Below are positions 56,096-63,552 of a stretch of DNA of 64,000 nt, one piece after another; positions within the stretch are counted from its first letter, which is position 1, and each line of letters begins with the position of its first letter. This stretch comes from an uncultured Christensenella sp. Its GTDB lineage: Bacteria; Bacillota; Clostridia; Christensenellales; UBA1242. The position numbers and the translations under genes were made by a program. Where the stretch lies: assembly GCA_964579205.1 (NCBI GenBank), contig CAZOFH010000001.1, positions 73,386-137,385 of the forward strand, read 5' to 3'. Under the pieces are notes generated by a model. That model saw only the letters and a list, made by a program, of their open reading frames with translations, was not told where the DNA came from and did no database searches.

Positions 56096-56306
56096 CGCGT
56101 TTTTCTCCTTTTTTTGCCTATTTTTTGACCCCAGTTTTGGGGGGCGAAAATGCCCACTTTTTACAACTTTCGCCCGCCGCAAAACTTGAGGTGTTTGTTA
56201 ATTTTTGGCTGCCGTCCGCTTTAACAAAAGCGCACGGAATATTCCTGTCATCCTGATGACAGTTTTCTTTCAGCCAAACCGACCTTTGCGATTGCTTTAC
56301 ATTATT
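56096..56306 (-). promoter_or_regulatory. long structured 5' leader of adhesin 2
   Basis: Three-way junction at 56205-56277: closing helix TTGGCTG/CAGCCAA, a 7-bp hairpin CTGTCAT/ATGACAG and an 11-position hairpin with one mismatch. There is also an 8-bp helix GGGCGAAA/TTTCGCCC at 56142-56175. Confidence 0.5.
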
Positions 56307-56335
56307 ATTGTAACTACTTTTTTCAAAAATATCAA
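56307..56335 (-). promoter_or_regulatory. sigma-A type promoter upstream of adhesin 2
   Basis: TTGATA, 17 nt, TACAAT. Confidence 0.5.
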
Positions 56336-56412
56336 CTAAATTCGACCACTTTTTCAAAAATTTTTAAATTTTTTTGTTTCTTTGCATTTTTTTGGTGAAA
56401 AGGATGGTATTT

Positions 56413-56450
56413 TGACAAAAAACAAAACGACAACGCACTGTCGGCAGTGC
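56413..56450 (-). terminator. intrinsic terminator closing the E2 repeat / ttcA 3' region
   Basis: GCACTG-CCGA-CAGTGC followed by GTTGTCGTTTTGTTTTTTG on the minus strand. Confidence 0.6.
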
Positions 56451-56557
56451 TATGTGCAAACAAATGCAATATGGGGTTCGCCTGCGGCTCACAGAGTCCA
56501 CGGAGTGCCTTGCACTCCTCTGAATGACACTGCGCGGCTGCACCCCGAACCCGCAAT
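56450..56557 (-). repeat. hairpin-box repeat, copy E2 (3' of the ttcA-like gene)
   Basis: Sense strand: ATTGCGGGTTCGGGGTG..GTCATTCAGA GGAGTGC AAG GCACTCC GTGGACTCTGTGAG CCGCAGGCGAACCCC..ATTGCATTTGTTTGCACATAG. Confidence 0.8.
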
Positions 56558-56588
56558 AATCAAATTAATTGTGGCGTAGATCCCCATA

Positions 56589-56672
56589 GCGGCTTGCCGC
56601 AAGGCGCCCGCAGGGTGCCTGATGCGCCGAATGGCGCATAGTGCGTGCGACAGCACGCACGCGGCAAGCCGC
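56589..56672. repeat. perfect 84-nt four-way junction (cloverleaf-like palindromic unit)
   Basis: P1 is 12 bp (GCGGCTTGCCGC/GCGGCAAGCCGC). It encloses a 7-bp arm (one G:T pair), a 6-bp arm and an 8-bp arm with 3-4 nt loops and 0-3 nt linkers. Confidence 0.75.
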
Positions 56673-56741
56673 CCCCGTCTAGAGACACGCACAGTTCAAC
56701 AGACAGCGCCCCCACTACCACGCTACTGCCACAACCCACGC

Positions 56742-57452
56742 TCAGTCGAACTTGAGGTGATTGCGCTCGGGGTGAGTCAACGCACTCAATATATGCTCGT
56801 GCACATGCGCGATACGCGGATTGAGCGAAGCGATATAATTCTTGATGAACTCGCGCTCAGTCTTTTTGTCGGCAGGGCAATCATTATGGAAAACGGGCAG
56901 CCCAGCGGCGAGCGCGGTCGTCTCACTCTCCCAAACCAAAACCATTGGTCTAATGACGGTCATCCCGGTACGGTCAAGGCGCGTCACGGGCGCAAAAGTC
57001 GACAATCTGCTCTCAAAAAACATCGACAAAAAGAAAGTCTCAATCAAATCGTTGGCGTGATGCCCCAGTGCGATTTTGTTGCAGCCGAGTGCGGTCGCCT
57101 CGGACGCGAGCATTCCGCGTCTCAATCTCGCGCACAGCGAACACGGATTACTCTCTTTGCGCACCTCGAATAGCAACTCATATATGCGCGACGGAATCAC
57201 CTTGTGCTCTATCCCGAGCGAACGACAGTACTCAGATATTTGAGTAAAATCTGACTCGCCATTGTGCATATCAATAGTGAGCGCGACCAACTCAAACTTG
57301 TGTGGATAATAGCGCTGAATATGCGCCAAAAAAGTGAGCAGCGCCAGACTATCCTTTCCGCCGCTCAGCCCGACAGCGATTTTGTCGCCGTCCTCAATCA
57401 TATTATATCTATCCAAAGCCTTGCGGACTCTGCCCTCAGCCTTACTTCTCAT
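56742..57452 (-). CDS. ttcA: PP-loop ATPase, TtcA-family tRNA 2-thiocytidine biosynthesis protein
   Basis: 236 aa with the SGGKDS PP-loop and CSLC / C..D.CP cysteine motifs. Confidence 0.85.
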   Translation of the reverse strand: MRSKAEGRVRKALDRYNMIEDGDKIAVGLSGGKDSLALLTFLAHIQRYYPHKFELVALTIDMHNGESDFTQISEYCRSLGIEHKVIPSRIYELLFEVRKESNPCSLCARLRRGMLASEATALGCNKIALGHHANDLIETFFLSMFFESRLSTFAPVTRLDRTGMTVIRPMVLVWESETTALAAGLPVFHNDCPADKKTEREFIKNYIASLNPRIAHVHEHILSALTHPERNHLKFD

Positions 57453-57607
57453 AAACTTCTCCCTAAATAATATAAGATTATTTTATCAAAAAACGGCTAA
57501 TTTTTCAATAGAAAGAGGAAAATTCGCCATAAATATTTGATTTTTGTGAAAATTTGTCACTTTTTGGATTTTTTGTGCATAGTGTATTAGTAAAATGCGA
57601 GGTAAAA

Positions 57608-57856
57608 ATGGCAACACCACATCCACATATTATCAACATAGTAGCCGACTACTATCTGCTGCACAAATCGACGATGCGTGACTGCGCAAAGCATTTTGGG
57701 CTAGGCAAAAGCACCATACACAACTATCTGCACATTTATCTAAAAAAAGTCGACCCCGAAAAATACAAAAAAGTGAGTGCTTTATCGCAACTCAACTTTT
57801 CTGAAAAACACATTCGCGGCGGAAACGCCACGCGTCAAAAATTTAGACCAGAGTAA
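57608..57856 (+). CDS. spoIIID: sporulation transcriptional regulator SpoIIID
   Basis: 82 aa from MATPHPH with a GAGG RBS. GLGKSTIHNYL HTH and KHIRGGNATRQKF align with B. subtilis SpoIIID (GVSKSTVHKDL, RHLRGGEATKLKY). Confidence 0.8.
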   Translation: MATPHPHIINIVADYYLLHKSTMRDCAKHFGLGKSTIHNYLHIYLKKVDPEKYKKVSALSQLNFSEKHIRGGNATRQKFRPE

Positions 57857-58832
57857 GTTTACGCTTGTTCGCAAAGTACCACCAAGCGAACCCACCACCT
57901 ATCAAGAGGCAACTGCCACCAGCAAAGTATAGCCATAGCATACTAGGATTTTTTTCCCATTTGGCGTACAGTGTCACAGGGGTGGTAAAAATGTAATACT
58001 TGCCCACGTGAGAGCCTTCGGCACAATCAGGAGTCGTATACCAGCCCGCAAAAGTGTAGCCCGGGCGAGTGGGATTGAGATCGGTGAGCAAGCCTTTTTG
58101 CCCATAGTTGTCATACGCGTAGTCGATATTCGCCCTAAAAGGGATCGGATCATACCCTAGCGACTCGTCGGCAAAGGTGATAGTATAATTGAGCATAGCG
58201 AACTTGCCATACAAGTTGATATTGCTAGTCACGCCGCTCAAAGTGGTAATAAGCGTCTGATACAATGGGTCCTGATACCATCCGACGAACTCGTGACCTG
58301 CGCACCTCGGGATAAACTCATCCGCGGTCAAGTCGATATTGGTAGCAGCAGTGACGGTATTATTGAGTGCTGTAAAACCAGCCGCAGGGGTGACCGCACC
58401 ATACTCTACCCCAGTATATGCAAAACTAACTGTATACTCGGTCAACTGCCAAAAGGCGTAGAGTGTAATAATGCCAGCGACAGCCATATCCTGTGCATCA
58501 GTCGCGGTCAATACAAAATTGCCGCTACTGTCTACATCCAAAATCGAAGTTTTACTAAATCCCCAATACGCGAATGTATACCCTGCTGCAGCACTAGGCG
58601 CCTGCAATGTCAACGGCAAGGCAGACGCTGCCACGGTAGCGGGATTGGCAGTAGTGAGAGCGGGATGCCCCTCTGACGAATCGAGATACTGGATAGTATA
58701 CATAATATCCCCTGCTGTCTCGCCCTCTGCAAATGCTGAGCGCATATTCAAAAACGCACTCCCCGAAAACACAAAAAACGAGCAGAGCAAAGCACAAATA
58801 AAACCTATCAAAACAGACTTTTGCTTGTACAT
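57843..58832 (-). CDS. InlB B-repeat protein with N-terminal signal peptide and C-terminal TM anchor
   Basis: 329 aa from MYKQKSVLIGFICALL with a GAGG RBS. Four GY.F.GW-type units. The C-terminal WLYFAGGSCLLIGGGFAWWYF helix is followed by KRK. Confidence 0.85.
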   Translation of the reverse strand: MYKQKSVLIGFICALLCSFFVFSGSAFLNMRSAFAEGETAGDIMYTIQYLDSSEGHPALTTANPATVAASALPLTLQAPSAAAGYTFAYWGFSKTSILDVDSSGNFVLTATDAQDMAVAGIITLYAFWQLTEYTVSFAYTGVEYGAVTPAAGFTALNNTVTAATNIDLTADEFIPRCAGHEFVGWYQDPLYQTLITTLSGVTSNINLYGKFAMLNYTITFADESLGYDPIPFRANIDYAYDNYGQKGLLTDLNPTRPGYTFAGWYTTPDCAEGSHVGKYYIFTTPVTLYAKWEKNPSMLWLYFAGGSCLLIGGGFAWWYFANKRKLTLV

Positions 58833-59008
58833 TAATTTTACCTCGACATTATTATAACCTAAAAATGACATAAAATCAATTATTTTGGGGCGTTTGGTCG
58901 AGTAAAAATAATTTTTTGCACTTTCAGACGCACTCCGAGCCTCCCCCGCCCACAAAAACGGCAAGCACTACCGCGCGATAGGCAGACACTCACACCCCCG
59001 ACACGAGA

Positions 59009-59031
59009 CAAAAAAAAGACCGCCTAGGTCT
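59009..59031 (-). terminator. intrinsic terminator after the 82-aa gene
   Basis: AGACC-TAGGC-GGTCT followed by T8 on the minus strand. Confidence 0.65.
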
Positions 59032-59065
59032 TTCCCTCATCGAGAAAACGCGGCGGTCTAAAATA

Positions 59066-59314
59066 TTAGTTTGTGATAATACTCTTGATTTCGTTGAGTT
59101 GCTCAAGGTTGAGAATCTCAATCTTTTTGTGAGCGTCCTGATATGCCAATTTGATAATTTGCGGGTAATCGCCCTCTTCTACCTTCTTTAGCATAATGTC
59201 AGCGAGACTGACCAACTCTTCTTTGGTCTGATAATCAATCGAAGTCAAAATCTTCTCAAACACATTGTAACTCATTTCTACTACTTTTGGGTCATCCATA
59301 GTCAAATTTTCCAT
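59066..59314 (-). CDS. small acidic helical protein (82 aa), unknown function
   Basis: GAGAGG RBS, 27 nt downstream of the 1266-aa ORF. Confidence 0.6.
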   Translation of the reverse strand: MENLTMDDPKVVEMSYNVFEKILTSIDYQTKEELVSLADIMLKKVEEGDYPQIIKLAYQDAHKKIEILNLEQLNEIKSIITN

Positions 59315-59341
59315 AAAATGTTACCTCTCAAATTATTCAAA

Positions 59342-62300
59342 TTAGAATTTCTCTTGCTCAGTCTGTGCCGAAGATGTGCTCTCTGCGGTATACTCATCCA
59401 AAACCTTTTGCCCAGTGACGCGAGTCGTCTCGTGGGTAGCGGTCTGAGTCTTGCGGATAGTCATAGATTCGGCTCTGTCGATAGCAGCACCAGTCAAAGC
59501 GCTCTGACGCAAATCCCTAATCTCGCCCGACTCGCTTTCAGGAGGAGTGACGCCATCTAGTATTGCATAAACAGTATCTCTGAGGCTATCCTTGAGCAGC
59601 GCCCTACCAGCCTCTTCTCTAGCAGCACGAGTGCTCTTGCCCTCTAGTTGGGTAGCGCCGCTGGTCTCTAGCATCTTGTTTAACTTGCTAGTAGTAACGC
59701 TAATCTTTTCGCTGCCAAACTTGTCTTTGTTGACCTCACAGAACTCCTTGACAAGGTTCACAATATAGCCAGTGAGTCTATCAATTTGCTCGACTGCCTG
59801 AGTCTCCTCAGGGAAACTCTGTTTGTTATAACTGCTGTTGGTCTGCGTCCTGCCGTGACTGGCTGGGTACATTACCACAGTCGCAACTGCGCCGACCGAA
59901 GCGCGCTCTTTGTAATACTTGCGCTCAGCCTCGAGGACATGCTTTTCCTCCTCGCGGCAATCCTCTAGCATCTTGGCACACTCAGCAGTTTGAGTCATTC
60001 TCTCACTAGAGTACTCCATCACTAATTCAAACAAAATCTCTCTACACTTGGTCTTTGCCTGAGTGTCGCGCTTTGAAATCGCCTCTGCAGACTCAAAACG
60101 CGCTGCGTCGTAGACAAAGTCAACCTGCTTTAGCACAGGAGCCTCCTTTTTGGCTTTGGCAATAGCGGTCTTGACCTCTACTGTGCTCTCTGTATTGGTT
60201 CCAAAAGTAGCGCCTTTGTCTATCACGGTGTCGGTGCTTTGGGTAGTGCTTTGGGTGGTTTGACTAGTGGTATCAACCACCTGCTCTGTCCCAAGTCCTT
60301 GGGCTTTTGCCTCGGCGTTCTCTTGCGAAGCATTAGTCTCTTGGGTACTACCTGTCACACCACCGAGCAATGCAGGAGACGGTGCTGGCGCGACAGCCTG
60401 CTGAGCAAATTCGTCCAAAGACTTTTGCTGCCCGCCCGACTGGCCAGTGCCATACCTATCCAAAGTCATCTGCACCACTCTATCAGCGTTTGTGTTGTGC
60501 TGGCTAGTACCTGCTGAATAAGCGTGCCCGCCGTTTTGGGTGAATATCCTCACGCTGTCGGCAATGATGTAGTAAATGATGGTATTAAAATAGTTGTTGT
60601 AAGTATTATTAATATTAATATTGATATTACCTGCAGGAGCCTGCTGCCCAGCGTTTTGATTTTGCTGAGCGTGCTCTTTTGCCGCGTCAAAGATCGCCTG
60701 CTGCTCAGGAGTAACGGTAGACTCTGCCTCTTGTTCACCAGTCTGCCCTTGCTCGCTGCCCACTCTCAAACCTGTCTGTGCAGACCTGTTAGGTGCGGCT
60801 GGCTCTGGCGCTGGCTCTGGATTAGGTGCAACCTCTGTATCGGGGCTCTCACCAGTCTGCTCTTGCGTATTGGCAGAGTCGACAATCTTGCCACGGCTCT
60901 TGTCCATACGACGGAAAACATCAGCCATCACACGCTGCTGCTCATCAGTTAATTCTACAACCGTGCTATTAGGCGTCTCAGGAGTAGGTGTAGTCTCAGA
61001 AGTCTCGTCTTGGGGAGTACCATTAGTCTCTGTATTTTGCCCAGAGGTCTGCTCGTCGCCCACTCTCAAACCTGTCTGTGTAGACCTGTTAGGAGCGGCT
61101 GGCTCTGGCGCTGGCTCTGGATTAGGTGTAACCTCTGTATCGGGGCTCTCACCAGTCTGCTCTTGCTGTGCATCAGGCTTTTGCTTGCTTTCTTCCGCCT
61201 CTGCTCGTCTAGCGGCACGCTCTTTACGCCTACGCTCGACCTCCTCGTCGGTTATTTCCTCACCCGGCTCAAAGCCTACAGTGTCTGGCAAATCATCTCT
61301 CGTCAAATCCTCCAGAGAAGGAATGATCCTTTGTGGCTTGCCAGCAGTATCGGTTTTATCAGTATTATCTGTATCGCCATTTTCCTCGCCAGAAGTGCCC
61401 TCTTGCTCGGACTGCTCTTCTTTCTTTACTCTAGTGATACGGTCAAAAACCCCTTGCATCCTACTCATCTGCTCAGGTGTCAGCCCAGCACCCTGCGGCA
61501 CTGTAGGCTCTGGGGTGAATTTTGGCTCAGGCGCTGGTGCTGGGACAGTCTCATCCTTATGTTGAGGTTCTGGCGTAACCGTCTCACCACCTGGTGTCAT
61601 TTCGCGCCCTGCCTCTTGTCCCTCAGGCGACGCCGACTGCTCCTCGGTCTGCTCTCCTGTAGGCTGCCTACCAGCCTCAAATATACGCATCAGAGCCTGC
61701 TCGATAGCGGCAGAATTCATATCTGGCTCGAGTCTCAGGCTTGGGTCGGTAATGACATTGTTGGCATAAATCAACCCTTGCATACTAGGGTTGCCGTCCA
61801 TTTTGGCAGCAATCGCGTCGAGCGAAATCCCCTTTGCCTCTGCATAAGCCTGCATATCAGGATTTAGGTCATAAGCAAAATTGTTTACACCAATCGCGTA
61901 CATATTAGCGATCAACGGCATAAAGTGTGCCGCATCTTTCTCATCCTCTAGCCCATCCATCACGATGCTAAGGTGCTGCTCAGCCTCTAGCCTAAAGGTG
62001 TCGCTCATCAAGCGCGCCTGCTCTACAGGCAAATCAAGCATATAGCACACGTCACTAGCGATAAGACACGTAGCAGCGCTAGTCAGTCTACCTCTCACCC
62101 TCAAGGCATTACTATTGCTAAATACCTCAGGAGAAGGCAAATTGGTCGCAGCCTGATTAGCCAAAATCACGCGCTCAGCCAAATTACCTAATTGGTCAGT
62201 CTGAAAGCCACATAGGCATTTGATCACGCCGTACAATTTCTCAGTGTTTGTGTTGTCAGCAGGGTACTCAATCTTGTAGCGTTTTGGCCAGCCAGTAGGG

Positions 62301-63142
62301 CTAATACCGTTTTTGAGCGGCGAAACTCTCCTCTTGATGACGTCGAGCGCACCAAAGAACCTCTTCGGTCTGAATCTAATAGCCTTTTCACTCACCGAAC
62401 TACCGTCAGCATCACCCATTGCTGCGAACTCAATACCCACTTTGTTTGAGATACTGCGCATCACTTGCTCAAACTTTTCATCATTGCTGTCGAACTCACG
62501 AGTAAAAGTCTTGAGCGGCACCCCATTCTCTAAGGTAGGAGTGTAGTAGCCCAAGTTTGGGTCAGCTTTGGCAGGCTTTGTATTAGCGTCGAAATTCTCC
62601 GGATGCTTGAGATTGCGCTCAGCACGCAGTACCGCGATGAATTGCTTTACACTCATAGTAGGCTCTCTGTCGGTAATCTTTGCCCACGCGTCCATAAAAG
62701 GAGTGTCCACGCTAGCGGCACCCGAATTGAGCTTTATCCTATAAATAGCCTGCTTTATCTCAGAATTGCGAATCTTACCCAACAGCGCACTACTATTGTA
62801 CCCGTGCGAAAGCAATGAGTACGCAGTCCTCATTTCAGGGCTCACCTTGTGCGCATCCAAATCCGCTAATAAATAAGGATTGTGAAATGCCGCCTCAAAA
62901 TCAGCGCGCGTGCTCAACTTTGCACTCTCAAAAGAATGCCCATAAAAATCACTCGGAATAACTCGAGTCAAGTCCTCTATCATCCTACGCGAAGAAAAAG
63001 GCACACGCCCGACCTTGAGCTTTGCACGGGTAAACCAAAAGACTCTTTTGCGAATGTTGTCTTGAAACTCAAAACCGCTCAAAACGCCATTCTCCGCGGT
63101 CAAATCCTCCTCGTATGGTGAAAATCTCTCTCCTTGAGACAT
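59342..63142 (-). CDS. 1266-aa orphan protein: N-terminal globular region of about 500 aa, long Pro/Glu/Thr/Gln-rich disordered centre, helical C-terminal region
   Basis: Uninterrupted ORF with TAGGAGGG RBS and its own promoter. No signal peptide, and no family recognised. Confidence 0.8.
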   Translation of the reverse strand: MSQGERFSPYEEDLTAENGVLSGFEFQDNIRKRVFWFTRAKLKVGRVPFSSRRMIEDLTRVIPSDFYGHSFESAKLSTRADFEAAFHNPYLLADLDAHKVSPEMRTAYSLLSHGYNSSALLGKIRNSEIKQAIYRIKLNSGAASVDTPFMDAWAKITDREPTMSVKQFIAVLRAERNLKHPENFDANTKPAKADPNLGYYTPTLENGVPLKTFTREFDSNDEKFEQVMRSISNKVGIEFAAMGDADGSSVSEKAIRFRPKRFFGALDVIKRRVSPLKNGISPTGWPKRYKIEYPADNTNTEKLYGVIKCLCGFQTDQLGNLAERVILANQAATNLPSPEVFSNSNALRVRGRLTSAATCLIASDVCYMLDLPVEQARLMSDTFRLEAEQHLSIVMDGLEDEKDAAHFMPLIANMYAIGVNNFAYDLNPDMQAYAEAKGISLDAIAAKMDGNPSMQGLIYANNVITDPSLRLEPDMNSAAIEQALMRIFEAGRQPTGEQTEEQSASPEGQEAGREMTPGGETVTPEPQHKDETVPAPAPEPKFTPEPTVPQGAGLTPEQMSRMQGVFDRITRVKKEEQSEQEGTSGEENGDTDNTDKTDTAGKPQRIIPSLEDLTRDDLPDTVGFEPGEEITDEEVERRRKERAARRAEAEESKQKPDAQQEQTGESPDTEVTPNPEPAPEPAAPNRSTQTGLRVGDEQTSGQNTETNGTPQDETSETTPTPETPNSTVVELTDEQQRVMADVFRRMDKSRGKIVDSANTQEQTGESPDTEVAPNPEPAPEPAAPNRSAQTGLRVGSEQGQTGEQEAESTVTPEQQAIFDAAKEHAQQNQNAGQQAPAGNINININNTYNNYFNTIIYYIIADSVRIFTQNGGHAYSAGTSQHNTNADRVVQMTLDRYGTGQSGGQQKSLDEFAQQAVAPAPSPALLGGVTGSTQETNASQENAEAKAQGLGTEQVVDTTSQTTQSTTQSTDTVIDKGATFGTNTESTVEVKTAIAKAKKEAPVLKQVDFVYDAARFESAEAISKRDTQAKTKCREILFELVMEYSSERMTQTAECAKMLEDCREEEKHVLEAERKYYKERASVGAVATVVMYPASHGRTQTNSSYNKQSFPEETQAVEQIDRLTGYIVNLVKEFCEVNKDKFGSEKISVTTSKLNKMLETSGATQLEGKSTRAAREEAGRALLKDSLRDTVYAILDGVTPPESESGEIRDLRQSALTGAAIDRAESMTIRKTQTATHETTRVTGQKVLDEYTAESTSSAQTEQEKF
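60755..61166 (-). repeat. in-frame direct duplication with exactly 300-bp period inside the orphan gene
   Basis: About 112 bp at 60755-60866 is nearly identical to 61055-61166. It encodes QEQTGESPDTEV.PNPEPAPEPAAPNRS.QTGLRVG twice. Confidence 0.9.
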
Positions 63143-63179
63143 ATGTAATTCCCTCCTAAGTACACTTACTTATAAGTTT

Positions 63180-63208
63180 ATTATATCACAAACTGAACCA
63201 AAAATCAA
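63180..63208 (-). promoter_or_regulatory. sigma-A type promoter of the orphan-gene operon
   Basis: TTGATT, 17 nt, TGA-TATAAT. Confidence 0.6.
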
Positions 63209-63395
63209 GATAGATATGTAAGATTTATCATTTTATTTTTAAATTGCTTATTTTGCCATTTTTTGAGCCAAAAATTTGCGAGGAAATAAAGGAAGAAACG
63301 GCTTGATAAATAAGAATAAGTGCCTAAAATAGAACTCGTATGGAGGTGAGGGAAAAACAGTTTTTTGCGGGCGGCTCGAATAGTACTGCTTGACA

Positions 63396-63471
63396 CTCTA
63401 TGCAAATAGTTTCTTTTTTGGGTTCGCTACCACTCTCAGATCCCACGCGGTATTGCATACCGCTCTGGATG
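63396..63471 (-). repeat. hairpin-box repeat, copy E5 (3' of adhesin 3)
   Basis: Sense strand: CCATCCAGA GCGGTAT GCA ATACCGC GTGGGATCTGAGAG TGGTAGCGAACCC..ATTTGCATAGAG. Confidence 0.75.
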
Positions 63472-63499
63472 GACAAAGGAAGAAAGTAATTAATAAGGA

Positions 63500-63526
63500 G
63501 AAAAGCGCCCCACTTGGTCGCTTTTC
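63500..63526 (-). terminator. possible terminator after adhesin 3
   Basis: GAAAAGCG/CGCTTTTC 8-bp stem with an 11-nt loop and a weak T tract. Confidence 0.4.
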
Positions 63527-63552
63527 TAATTATCGTATTATTCATCTTTTTA

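Noticed and set aside
56096-56306. c-di-GMP riboswitch call for the adhesin 2 leader
   Set aside because: Only a CGCAAAGG-like segment is present. I cannot locate the paired GEMM-I or class II core motifs, so it is reported only as an unclassified structured leader.
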